DNA of 64,000 nt from the NCBI RefSeq assembly GCF_048593235.1, contig NC_133617.1:71260937-71324936 (forward strand). The letters run 5' to 3'. This DNA is from Sminthopsis crassicaudata (Eukaryota). The notes beneath the pieces were generated by a model. It was given only the letters and a program-made list of their open reading frames with translations, was not told the origin of the DNA and ran no database searches. Shown one piece after another: positions 1 to 12,432 of the stretch (position 1 is the first letter of the stretch; each line of letters opens with the position of its first letter). The position numbers and the translations under genes are program-made.

Positions 1-339
1 AGGGAACAAGGTTGCTCAGAGTCAGTGTCTGGGTGCCAGGCAGCAGGGTCCTCAGCAGACAGACTGCAGCCTGGAACCCCAGACACAGAGGCAGGCTAGC
101 TGAATTTGTATTCCCCCCCATTCCCTAATTGGCCCTACTCAGTTCAGCTCCTGCCCCCAAGAAGAAAGAAATAAATACCTTCCTTTCCCTGCCCCTATCC
201 TCCTTTCCTCCCTCAAAACCAGCAGCTTCCCCTGTGGGACATTAGGAACGTCTGTGCAAACTGCCCTAGGGGCAGAGGAGAGTTCCAGGGAAATGCCAGG
301 AGGAGCTGGGGTCAAGGGTGGACAAGTGGTCTTTTGGGG

Positions 340-3300
340 CTATTGAGCGCTGGGTGGTTTGTAGGGTTCCAACAGGAGGCTGGAGAAAGTGTTGACCTTG
401 TCAGCCCCTCGAACTTCATGGGGCAGCAGCGGCAGCTTCACAATGTGGAAGTCTTCATAGAGGTCTTCCATCTGAGGGGGCCACATGGCGAGGTCAGAGC
501 TCAACCCTGGGGAGGTCAGGGGGTCAGCCCCTGGGTAAGTGAGGGTGGTGAGGTCGGGGAGGGGTCCCAGGTCAGTGACTGGGAGTGAGGGCAAGGGAGA
601 GACATTGGGGCAGACCCACCTGGTCGAGGTATTTGGACTGTATCTTGTGCCGGGCCTCGCACATCTTGCAGGGCTTCTCAGGCTCGGGGAATACCAGCTG
701 GTTGACGATTATATTGTGGGTGTCTATCTTGCACTTGGCCAGCTCTTGGATGAGCCTTTCAGTCTCATACAGGGACAGGAACTCAGCAATGCAGACACAA
801 ATGAAGGTTGTCTGTTCCTGGGGTTGGAGTGGGGAAGAGAAAAACAAAGGAAGTTTTGTGTCATTTCCATAATTTCCACAAAAACCTTAGGAGTCTTTTC
901 TCTTAGGATCCATATTGTACATATCTACACACTCATCCACCCACACTCATAACCAATTATATGTAAAAACCTATTTCAACAATTTTTTAAAATTCTGAGT
1001 TCCAGATTTTCCTATCCTTCTTCGTTCTTCCTCCTTAGGAGCCCCTGAACTTAAAAGATTTTTCAAATTGGCCAAGATTCAGCCCAGCATTCTGCACACA
1101 GTAAATAAGTAAAGATGGGGACAGAAAAAGGGACTGAGGGTAGGACTTCCTACCTATAAGGAGGTCCCTCTATCAATGCAGGTTAGCCTGTAAGTTCAGG
1201 AAATGTGGAATAATACTCAAAGATTAATATTCTAGGCCCATGAAGAATACCTGGTCAGACAATCATAGATTCAGGGATTGATATGTTGCATGTCACCTCT
1301 CACCGCACAGACAAGAAAGCCAGGTGGGAGCAATGAAGGGACTGGACCAAGATCACATATTGGTGGGAATGGCCAGCCTCCAAACTCAATCTCCTGCCTC
1401 TTAGAAACAGGCTGCCTCGATGGTGGCTGGAAGGCCTCCCCCTTCATCTCAATTGTGATTGATCTTCCTTCAAGAACAACTCAGGTGATATTTGTATCAT
1501 GAGGCTCATCCTGACCCAACAACTTGAAAGAACTCCCTCCCCAAATTCTTCTAGAGGTCTCTGGCCCCAACGTATCTGTTAAGTCCCTGCTGAGTCCCCT
1601 TGATTATTAGACTGCACACAATTTGAGGGAAGGGTCGGTGTTGCTCACTTTTCTCTGGCACCTAAACACATTCAATGTTTAATAAGCCACTTGCTGAACT
1701 GAACAGATTCCAGGCCCCTAGAGAGCTCCAGCGCTGCAGGGGCCTTAGGGCTTATTTTATAAAAGAGGAAGCGAAGGTCCATGTCCAGGGGTCACCCAAG
1801 TACTAAGCAGCAGAAGCAGGGCTGGAATCTGGATTCTGAGACTCCAGAACCAAGGTCCTTTCCCTTGGACTCCACTGTCTCCCTGGGTCAGATCAAAGCC
1901 TAAAGCACTTAATAGTGTCAGGGCCCTGGGGGGGGTAGGACTTTGCCTTCCTCACCGGATCCTTGAACTGCTCGCTGACAGACCGGATAACAGGTAGGGT
2001 TTCTTCCAGCTTGGAGGCCAGCTGGTCAGCATTCATGTCACCCAGGCCCAGCATGTTGCACATCTAGGGAGGGAGGGAGAAGAGGTCACCAACACTTCCT
2101 CACCTGCTACCCATCTCCCTCCGCTCTCCGCCCTGTGCCTGCCCAGAGCAGGCTCCTCCCTCCTTCTGCTCCATCCTGCCTCCACCCCAGATGACCAATT
2201 CCCTCCCTACCTGTGAGATGAAGGGGCTGATTTGATTCTTGATCTGCATGAGGCGACCCAGGCCCCGCTCAACAATGGTTGGGAAATTGAGCAACCGAAG
2301 AGTGTGCCCAGTGGGGGCTGTGTCAAACACGACCACCGAGAAATTCATTCCTTTAACCAGCCTGTTGGAGAGCAGCCGCATGAGGCAGCTAGCTGGAGCT
2401 GCCCTGGCCCCCCAGGCTGGCCCTGCCACCCAACTCACTCACCTCATGACCTCGGCATAGCTCATGGCCTCATCAATGCCGGGAAAGGCACTCATGGCCT
2501 CCTGCATCATCTTCTTGCCCATGCTCAACATATTGTCTTCCTCAAAGAACTCATCAGGAAGTTCTGCCACACCCAGGCTGGGGTCAATCTCCTGCAGAAG
2601 CCAGGAGAAAAATAAAATAACTTTTTAGCGAACATCCAACCCCCACGATCTCACGTGGCTCTTGAAGGGGCAAAAGCACCCAGCATTATGTCTGAGGTCA
2701 GATTCTGGCCCTACCCACACTGCTGCCGTGGAAGACACAGGTCACTGGGACGGAGCAGCACGTCCCTCTCTGTAAAATGAGGACGGGGGGGCTAAAGAGC
2801 CAGCTCCAGAAGAGCCCTAGAAAGGAGATGCTCTTATCCCCATTTTAGAGATGAGGACAGTGAGACTCAAGGAGTAAGTGAATGGTCTCAGCTTCATTCA
2901 GACAGAGCGGGGATTTCTCTGCTCCCCAAGTGAGATCTTTATCCTGCAACAAAAAGCTGCCTTCTCAGCCCAGGACCGAGCCAGGGACACAGGAAAACTA
3001 CCTCAAAAGAAAAGGTACTATGGCTAAGGTAGGCCTTCTGAGAAAAGGAAGGGAAGGTCTAGGGCACGTTCCCAACTGTGGTTGAAGTCAGAATGAAAAG
3101 TCATTTGAAAATATTTAACTAGATAAAAGTACAATAAAATATAGATATTACATTTTAAAACTAAGTTAATATGCAACCCACAGGAATCCTTATTACAGAT
3201 TGGTGGCCCTCTTTCCTAGTTGAATTTGACAATGGTCTTGTGATGAAGAGAGCTCTCTGCATCCAGAAAGGGGATTGTGGGAGCTGCATGTGGATCACAA

Positions 3301-6300
3301 CATAGTGTTTTCACATTTTTTGTTACTCTTGTTTGCTTGCATTTTGCTTTCTTTCTCATTTTTTCTTTTTGATCTGATTTGTGTGTGTGTGTGTGTGTGC
3401 AATATAATTGTGGACATACTTGGCTTTCTCAGTGGCAGGAAGGGGTTGGGTTAAGACGGCGACTCATATGGAAAAGGTCTCCTGAGGTGCAGGTGAGGGA
3501 AGAAGTAAATACCGCAGAGAGATTCTAGGCCCAGAGGTCACTCTGGGAAGAGTCAGATATCAGGTGGGCAGGGCAGATAGCAGCCTGGGGAGAGGTCCGG
3601 AGCTGGGGCGGGGTGCGGCAGAAAGTCTGGACAGCAGGATGGGGGAGAAGGGAGGGGGCTGGACTAAATTATCTCTGGTCCCTTCCAACTCTGAAAGTTT
3701 AAGAATTCTGGTTCATCATTTACCACCTGTGTGACCTAAAACAAATCATTAAATGTTTCAACTTCTTCATAAGAAAAACCCTGTCCTGCGTCCATCTCCG
3801 GGTAAAAACGCTGGCTGTGTAGCCCTGGCTTTGCTATTGGGGAACAACCTCGGTCATCATAAATCGCTCTCACCTCACTTTGTCTACAAAACATATTTGA
3901 TTCTGAGGTCCTTTCTAGCCCGAAAACTGGAGAGTCTGCCCCAGGGAACCCCAGTCTTTGCTACTGTCTCTTCCCTCTGACGTTATGAAGCAGCCTGGCT
4001 GAGGGAGCCTTGCAGGGGCAGAGAGAGGGAGGGAGGACCCAGGCCCGGCCCCCCTCCCTCTGCACCTCCCGCTCTGGAGGAGGGGAACCGTTGGAGGCGG
4101 GGAAGTCTCCGCACTCCCACACCAGGCTGCAGTCTTTGGGGCAGGGCGTGACCAGGGCTAGTTGGGGGGAGACAGGCTAGGAAAGGACGATGCCCGGGAG
4201 GTGCTGCGTGGTGCCGGCCCGTGCGAGGTGCCAACTGGGTGAGGAAAAGTCACCTCGGGACAAAAAGCCAACAGCGGAAAGCGGCAGCGGAGGCTCGGAG
4301 GCTACAGGCGGCTGCGATGCGCAGCGGGAGGAGCCCCCGGTCAGCGGGACCTTAGAAGCCTGAGCCCCCAGTCCTTTTCTCCCCCCTCTTCCTGAGGCAG
4401 CACTGAGAAAGCAGTCACAGAACATCACAACTGAGGAGGCTCGGAAGCCATGCGGCCAGTGCCTGTCCCGGGGCCGGGAGGGGCCCAGAGCGGTCTCTCC
4501 CAGACCTGGCCTCTCCCAGACCTGGCCTCACTCCGAGGCTCCGGCACTCACCATGGCAAAGAGGTTGTCATAACCCTTCACTTTGGTGGGAACTTTGGAG
4601 AACTTCTGGTCAAAGGCGTCAGAGATGTTGTGGGCTGGGTCCGTGGAGATGATGAGGACGCTTTCTCTCCCCTTGGACAGCTGTACTGCTAGGCTGCAGC
4701 TGGGCAGAGTGAGAGCCAGGGGAGCCAGCTGGAGGGGCAGAAGGGGCAGAGCTCCACCCCCCTCCCAGCTCCGGTCCCACAGGCTAGGGAAGAAGAGGCT
4801 CCGGGGGGAGCAAAGACCCGGAGATCGGGGAGCCGGGCCCTACCCCAGGTCTCCCTGGAGAGGCTGTGACTCTGGGAGCAAAAGAACCAGGGAACAACAC
4901 GGGCGACCAAGGAGGGGCAGAGGACGGCAGGAGACGGGCGCAGGCCCTCCGGGTGGGAGAGCATTGTGACTCCGGGAAAGGAGCGTGGCCCTGGGGAGAC
5001 GTGGGGGACCAGGAGCAAAGGGGCGGCTACAGGAAAGGGCCCGGACCTGGGGAGAAGGGGAACGCCTGGGGGAAAGTGGGTGGGCCTGGGGGGAGGGCAT
5101 GCTGGGCCCCGAGAGCCAGGGGGGGGGGGAGAGACCCCAGGACGGGGTGCTCGGGACTGGGGGGTGGGGACCCCAGGACGGGGTGTTTGGGACTGGGGGG
5201 GACCCCAGGACGGGGTGTTCGGGACCGGGGAGGACCCCAGGACGGGGTGTTCAGGACGGGGGTGGGGGGTGGGGACCCCAGGACAGGGTGTTCAGGACCT
5301 GGGGGTGGGGACCCCAGGACAGGGTGTTCGGGACCTGGGGGTGGGGACCCCAGGACGGGGTGTTCGGGACCTGGGGGTGGGGACCCCAGGACAGGGTGTT
5401 CGGGACCTGGGGGTGGGGACCCCAGGACAGGGTGTTCGGGACTGGGGGGTGGGGACCCCAGGACGGGGTGTTCGGGACTGGGGGGTGGGGACCCCAGGAC
5501 GGGGTGTTCGGGACTGGGGGGGACCCCAGGACAGGGTGTTCGGGACCGGGGAGGACCCCAGGACGGGGTGTTCAGGACGGGGGTGGGGGGTGGGGACCCC
5601 AGGACGGGGTGCTCGGGACTGGGGGGTGGGGACCCCAGGACGGGGTGTTCGGGACTGGGGGGGACCCCAGGACAGGGTGTTCAGGACCGGGGAGGACCCC
5701 AGGACGGGGTGTTCAGGACGGGGGTGGGGGGTGGGGACCCCAGGACAGGGTGTTCAGGACCTGGGGGTGGGGACCCCAGGACAGGGTGTTCGGGACTGGG
5801 GGGTGGGGACCCCAGGACGGGGTGTTCGGGACTGGGGGGGACCCCAGGACAGGGTGTTCGGGACTGGGGGGTGGGGACCCCAGGACGGGGTGTTCGGGAC
5901 TGGGGGGGACCCCCGGGCAGAATGCTCGGGACCCCGGGGGGGGGGGGGGGAGCTGGCCCCTGGAAGAAGGAATGGGGCAGCTGGGGCAGGGATGCCTGGA
6001 ACCCAGAGAGAAGCTGCACCCTGGGGCTGTTAGAAGAATGGGAATGCAGGAAGTCGGGGCTGCGCCAGGCCCGGGGAGGAAGCTGGACCTCGGCCAGCAG
6101 CCGGCTGGGTGCTCCGTTCCAGATCCCCGCCCCCTTTTTTCTCCTTCCCCAGGTCCGGTCCCCGCACCATCCGCAGCCCCCACCGCCGGGGGAGGGAGTG
6201 GTACAACCCATTCATTCCTGACTTCCCTCCACCCACCACGGCTTGGTACGACTCTTCCCTTTCCCACCACCTGCCGCTTCCCCCGTCGCCCGATCGCGGT

Positions 6301-6532
6301 GGTACAGCCCACCGGTCTCCATCCCCGTGGCCCCGTCCCCTACCGCAGTGGTACTTCCCACCCGCCCCCACCTGCAAGTGGTCTTGCCCACGCCGCCCTT
6401 GCCCCCGACGAAGATCCACTTGAGGCTGCGCTGCTCGATGATGTTGCTGAGTGTGGGCTCCAGGGGCTCCACATCGGGCGCATCCTCGAACTCCTCTGAC
6501 TCCAGCCCCCACCCGGCCACCCCAGCCGCCAT
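340..6532 (-). CDS. GET3: GET3/ASNA1 (TRC40) tail-anchored protein targeting ATPase, complete, 348 aa
   Basis: Coding exons (-): 6532-6372, 4699-4552, 2591-2443, 2361-2211, 2063-1956, 817-620, 471-340. All introns are GT-AG with compatible phases; total 1047 nt = 348 aa + TAG. Motifs GGKGGVGKT (P-loop), STDPAHN, DTAPTGH and CKMC. Confidence 0.98.
5134..5940. repeat. G-rich minisatellite in GET3 intron 1 (32-41 bp units)
   Basis: 22 copies of the core ACCCCAGGAC(G/A)GGGTG from 5134 to 5877, plus a degenerate copy at 5909. Unit lengths are 36, 32 or 41 bp. Confidence 0.95.
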
Positions 6533-7560
6533 CTTGGAACCGGCTCACGTGACCCGACCGCCGCACAAACTACCGGCGTCCTCTTCGGAATGGGGGGATT
6601 AGTGATGGAGCGTTATTGTTGCCACGTGACCTCCCGGGAAGAAAGGTTGACAGTGGCCGAGGGAAGGCTTTAATAAACTGTAAGAAATGCGAAACTCGAT
6701 TTAAACATTATGTGCACTCCTGTGGTACGTGGAAGGGGCCTCGGGTATCGTGTCCTTCCCCTGCCTTTTCCCACCAATGGTGCTACCCACGCCCGCCCTC
6801 CTTTGCGGATTGGGGCCCATGTCTAGAGTCTCCCGCTGGATTGGCTGGGTCTGCCGAACGTTCCTCCCCCAACCGCCAACAGCTTACTTTAGAAGCCAAC
6901 CTCGCCTTAGCAACCGGGCAAACTCCTCCACGCCGCTCTCCCAGGGGCGGGACCCTGGCTCCCCTCTCCTCCGCCTATAGGGCGAAGTCCATTGTCTGTC
7001 AGGAGGTGGTCTCTGAGCCCGCCCCCACCTCGTGGTTGGCTGCTCGCCGTTAGGACGGGTTCTATAGAAAAGTACGCGCTCCAGGAGCAAAGGTCATTGC
7101 CAAAGATCGGAGCCGCTTTGTGTGCGTGTTGAAAGAGCTCTCTTTTTCGTGGTGCTTTTGGGGAGAGCTTTGTCCCCATCCCCTTATGGACATACCGCAG
7201 AAACGTGCAGAGACTTGTCCAAGCGCACGGGGATAGTAGCGGTGCGCGGGACTCGAACCCAGGCCCTCCATCTCCAACTTGTCTCCTCGCAGCGCGCGCC
7301 CCTCCCCCACTCAATCCCCCTCCCCCACTCAATCCCCCTCCCTAGAAGTAGGCTTCTTTGTGAGAGACCCAGGGCAAATACGCTATTCACTTTATAGATG
7401 AGGAAAGCTCACTTTCCAAAAATTACACGGCAACTAGTGGTAGAGCCTGGACCCCTGGAAGAGCCGCCACCTAGAACATCCCGGCCAGCCCGGGACCGCC
7501 GCGCCCGCGGCGTCCCAGGCTGTCCTCTGCTGGGTCGCTAAATTCACGTTCCCGAGAGCC
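6100..7560 (-). promoter_or_regulatory. CpG-island promoter of GET3
   Basis: CpG-dense region around the first exon. YY1-type AAGATGGCGGC overlaps the ATG; CACGTGAC E-boxes at 6546-6553 and 6623-6630. Confidence 0.75.
7190..7275 (-). mobile_element. CORE-SINE (MIR/MAR-like) head with intact B-box
   Basis: Minus strand reads GGAGGGCCTGGGTTCGAGTCCCGCGCACCGCTACT...CTTGGACAAGTC, which resembles a tRNA-derived SINE head. B-box GGTTCGAGTCC at 7259-7249. Confidence 0.6.
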
Positions 7561-8209
7561 CATCAGGCTCTCTACCCAAAACGCTTCCATAGCTCCCTGT
7601 CACTCCTAGGTTAACTTAGCCCTCCCACGCCAAGATCGGGCTTTGGGAATATAAAGACGAAAATGCATTTTTTTAAAATCTGTGTATTACATTAGAAGTT
7701 TATATTAAACAAGTGTGCATATAAAAATATTTTTGAACTTACGCATAAGATCCCCATACCCATATGTCGATATATATGTGAGGCCCCTGGAATTTCCCCC
7801 AGAAGGCAAAGTGGGGGAAGTGAGGGGTTACAGCCGGGGTCTACTCAAATGCAAATCTAGCCAAGGAAGGTGGAGCTCTTTCGTTGGGGCTTATTTGGCT
7901 CCTGATCTTTCTATTTACATCTTTGTAGACTTGTAGTTTGCTCTTTGAGCCCCAAATTTTCGGTATATAAAGTCCTGAACCATTTCTAATTTGCAAAAGG
8001 CTTTGGTGTAAATAAATTTTTGTGATTTTAAGAGAATCTCTTGGAATTCTTTCAAACAAGGAAGCACGACTGGCATACATTTCATACGTACATATGTATG
8101 TATATCTATTTTCTTCTAAAAGTTCATGTCATGGGCCACATTCCTGAGAGAGAGAGAGAGGCATATATTATACACAAGGAATATATGTGTTTATGTATAA
8201 ACCTATATT

Positions 8210-8420
8210 CTTTTGTTCAGCTGTTTCAGCCTTGTCCAACTTCTCGGGACCCAATTTGGGGTTTTTTGGGCGCAGATAGTGGAGTGGTTTGCTATTTCCT
8301 GCTATTTCCTTCTCCAGTTAATGTTACAGGTTAGGAGACTGGGGGAAATGGAGTTAAATAACTTGCCTAAGTCAATCACTAATATGGTCTGAGATTGGAT
8401 TTAAACCCCTCCGTACTGCA
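8210..8420 (-). mobile_element. MAR1-like marsupial SINE
   Basis: RTE-type tail (GACCCAATTTGGGGTTTTTTGG...GGAGTGGTTTGCTATTTCC) joined to CORE sequence (GTTAAATAACTTGCCTAAGTC). Confidence 0.65.
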
Positions 8421-9199
8421 GGCCTAGCACTCTATCCGCTTTGCCATTAGCCGACCCCCAACAAGCACACGCGTATACGTGTACGTATGTTTGTATGTGC
8501 ATACGTACAAGCCAGAGACGTACTCACACGTCCCAGGAAGGTGTGTATGAGGTGCAGCCCACCTGCGCTTGTGTAATACACAAATATGCACGCACTGGTA
8601 AGCGTATGGATGGAATGTGGCCCATGACACTGAAGAAGGGACTATTTCCAGATAGCGAGGGAGCCAGTGCAAAGGGTCTTAGTGTGAAAGGACTAATATT
8701 TGATGAGGTTGACCCTGGGCAAGTTACAACCCCAATGACCTCAAAAAAAAAAAAAAAAAAAAGTTTAATGAGGTTGAAAAGATATTTGGAACCAGGTTGT
8801 AAACGGCTTTACATTCCAAACAAAGGAGTTGGTTGATCCAACAACAGGCAGCCTCTGGAGTTTATCTAGTAGGGAAAAGCATTCCCACACTTTGGGAATG
8901 GCAGCATGTGGAGAATGGATTGGAGGGATGGGCACTGGGGGCTCTTACAGTCCAAGAGAAGGGGAATTAAGGTCCAAACTAGGGAGGGTGGCCAAGTGAG
9001 TAGAGAAAAAAGGATGATACCAGCAAGAATTAGCAGCTGATTAGATATGAGAAGCTTCATATTTTACTCAGAAAATGAAGGCCATTCCCTGAGAGCTTTT
9101 TTCTCATTTCACAACCCCCTGACATCATCCCTCATTCTCTTCCCCTTTCCCCCTAGTCTGTGAGAGTGAGGCCTTGCCAAGGCCAAGGGCATTATGGCC

Positions 9200-9630
9200 T
9201 TGACCCCGAGGGATCTTTTCTCATCAATTCTCTACTATCTCCTGCGCTTGACATTCATGGTCATCTTCTCCTGGATACCTTCTCGTGACTTTTAGCTTTT
9301 CTGACATTGTTCTTTCTTGGTTCTCTTACCCGACTGGCCACTAATTCTTGGTTTCCTTCACTGGATCATCATTCATCTCATGTCTCCTAACTATTGTGAT
9401 CCGCAGTGTGCTGAACCCTTTTCTCTCATTTGGTGACCCCATCAGCTTCCACAGTTTAGTTGTCATCTCTCTGTAGATGACTTCCGGTCTGTATATCTAG
9501 GCTTAAGGCTCAAGTCCCAATACTAGATTATTTTAGCATCCTCCTAAGTGGTCCCTCCTTCAGTATATTCTCTTACTGCTGCTAAAATGATTTTCCTGAA
9601 GCCAGAAAACTTGATCACATCACTCCCCTT
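9200..9630 (+). mobile_element. Old L2-like LINE fragment
   Basis: Degenerate pyrimidine-rich sequence resembling the L2 ORF2 region; boundaries approximate. Confidence 0.5.
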
Positions 9631-9779
9631 GGCTTACAAACTAGATTTTTTTCCCAGAATACTTCCTTATTTACAGAGAAGAAAGACCCATAGAAAGAGT
9701 GAAATTGTAAACAGTTGAATTTGTTTCTGGATGGATGTGGATGGCATATTCTATCCAAAGTTTATTGGGATTACCTGAA

Positions 9780-9990
9780 CTGTTGACAAGACGCTTGTAG
9801 CAGCTCTTTTTGTGGTGGTAAAGAATTGGAAAATGAGTAGACACTCATCAATTGGGGATTGGCTGAATGAATCATATCATATGAAAGTAATGGAATGTTA
9901 TTGTTTTATAAAAAAAAAAAAATGATGCACAAGCTGATTTTAGAAAGGCCTGGAAAGATTTATACCAATTGGTACGGAGCTAAACATGCA
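9780..9990 (+). mobile_element. L1 ORF2 C-terminal fragment
   Basis: TTGTAGCAGCTCTTTTTGTGGTGGTAAAGAATTGGAAAATGAG...GATTTTAGAAAGGCCTGGAAAGATTTATA resembles the other L1 3' copies in this window. Confidence 0.7.
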
Positions 9991-11826
9991 AAACTGTATT
10001 TCTTAAGGACCTAGCTTTAAACAAAACCACTCAGTCTCTGGTTCATCGGCCAACAATAGGTCCCAGGCCAAGTCCCAATTGATTATTGTTTGGGTTCTGA
10101 TTGACTCTAGTGAATGGAAATAGCAATCACTTCTGTTCCAGATGGCTCTGGAGGAGAAAGTGAGGCAGCCCTCCTTCATTTAAATACAATTTACTTACAA
10201 GTCTTGGTATCACCTCCCTGAGATCATGAACCTCTTCCAGAATGAAAGACAAGCAACAGGAATCATATATGAACTCCTTTATTTAATATTTAAGGCTCTT
10301 CCCAACCTTGTTCTAATATACCTTTCCAAAAGTATTATCCACTTCATGTACTCCAGTCTAGTCATACTATCCTTATTCTGTTCTTCCCCAACAACGGTAT
10401 ATGTCTCCCATCCCTTCCTCTGATCGGCTTATTCCGTATTCCCGAAATGCTTTCTCTTATCGACTGTGTCTTTTATAATTCCTGATTTTCTTTCATCAAT
10501 CAATAATTCTTAAGTGCCTACTGTGTGGCAGGCACTATGCTAAGTACTGCAGAAACAAATACAGAGAATCATGTATCATACATCAGGTGAGATGAAATAG
10601 GGGTAATTGGGGTGTTAGCCAAGGCAACAAGAAAAACAGATGTGAGAAAAAGAGATGGGGAGGGAGACTCTTCTGAAAGCCTATGAATCTCTTCTCAGCA
10701 TCATGATATTAAATTCATAAGATAAAACACATAACATTTAAAAAGGAAACAAATTACATTAAAATGCAGTTATCAAATTTTGTTGTTGTTGTTGTTGTTG
10801 TTGTTTTTTAAATCATTGTTATGAGCCAGAACTTGAAACAGGGTGATGAGTCAGTGGAATTGATAGAGACAATGGTTATTTAGCATGGTGCTTAACAGTT
10901 CTCTGGTTCAATACATGTACTTAGTACTTACTATAGTTCCACAAGATTCACACCTATGATGAAAGAGGATATAAGCATGGACAAACTCAGCCAGAAGGAA
11001 AACAGAAGGCAAGACAAGTGATAGCAGGCTCTCCTTTGCTTCTCCACTGAAACTAAGATCCAGAAGGCCTCCAGAGAAACTAGCCGAGCCCCAAGTGAAG
11101 GAGACAAGACTTTGAAGGAGACAATAAAGGATTTGGACTTTAACTCCTGGCTGCACTTGTGGTGATTGTGGAACTGAAACGAAGGCTGCTCCTAGAGAAC
11201 CCCAAGAAAACCTCAACAAGAGAATATTACATTTTAGAGAAGAATATTACAAAGCATGAATACCTAAACATTTTTAGCTTAAATGCTTCACAGATAACAA
11301 ACCAAAATCAATATGTAAATTTATATGTATATAGGCTGACTGAATGGCATAGCATTTATATACTTAAAAGAAAAGTTAATCAAATTATAAAGAGAAATAG
11401 ATGGTGACCTTTTAACAATTATAATAACAGTAGCTAACATTTACAAAGTATTATAAGGTTTGCCAATTGTTTAGTCCTTGCAATAACCTGTAAGTTTGGT
11501 GTTTTTGTTCCCATTTTTGTAGATGCAGAAACTGAGGCAGAGTAAAATAATTTCCCTTGAATTCAAATTTGGCCTCAGACATATACATCAAGCCACTTAA
11601 CTGCCATATAATAGGTACTATATAAATGTTAACTATTACTAGTAATAAATTGAAGCCATAATTTCATAAATCCATATAAACCTACAGCATTTCTATAAGT
11701 AGAATTTCCATTGTATATTAATACAGAATGTTTAAAATATTTGGGAATCTATCCATGAAAACATAGATATTATAGTAATACAACTAATACTAATAGTTTG
11801 CATTTATTTAGTGCTTCCAGATTTAC

Positions 11827-12432
11827 TGTGTTGAGGTCCTGGGTCACTAGGTAGGGCTGGTAGAGAAAGTTTAAAGCACAGAAGGACACCGATGGGGATC
11901 AGCTCAATCTTAAAGTCCCACCTCCTGTGAAAGTTTTAGGTAACTCTACTTTACCATATCCAATCAGGAAGCCAAGTTATGTCAAACCCCCAAGGCTAAA
12001 TTTCCCCTATCAATCTGCCCATGGCCTATGCCATCTTTGCTGAAACTCTTTTGGGTTGCCCTGCCTCAGCAATGTGTCTCGATGTCTTTCTCTTTATCCC
12101 ACCCCCCCCCCCTTGCCTCATGGTGTCTTTCTCCTTCTTACAGATAACCAGATCTTTTAGGGTGTTAAACTCTTCTGGATTTAGCCTGCCAGTCAATGGC
12201 ATACTCCCTTCAGGCATATTCCCTTTCTCCTTATTAATCGGGAATTCCACTGGGAAACTTCTTTTCCTTTATTGTTAAAAACCCCTCTCCTTGCTAACTA
12301 TGATGCTGTCCCAGATCTGTTTCATATTTGCCACTCTTGGTGCCTATTTTACCTTTTTATTTTGTTCATAACCCCTTCTTGTAAATAAACCTACCTTTTA
12401 GCAATGAAGAAAGTCATTATGAATTCTTCACA
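11827..12432 (+). mobile_element. Putative solo ERV LTR (~605 bp)
   Basis: Starts TGTG and ends CACA, with CCAAT at 11960 and AATAAA at 12384 near the 3' end. No clear target-site duplication (TSD) found. Confidence 0.5.

Noticed and set aside
4866-6499. Long plus-strand ORFs of 451, 355 and 504 aa (and minus-strand ORFs 5681-6312)
   Set aside because: They span the stop-free G-rich minisatellite in GET3 intron 1. All three plus frames are open, two begin at non-ATG codons, and the peptides are simple repeat translations.
7300-7342. Short tandem duplication CCTCCCCCACTCAATCCC x2
   Set aside because: A trivial slippage product with nothing suggesting function; not a CRISPR-like array.
8450-8620. 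Alternating purine-pyrimidine tract (possible Z-DNA)
   Set aside because: A degenerate (TA/CA/CG) low-complexity stretch, frequently interrupted and common in genomes.
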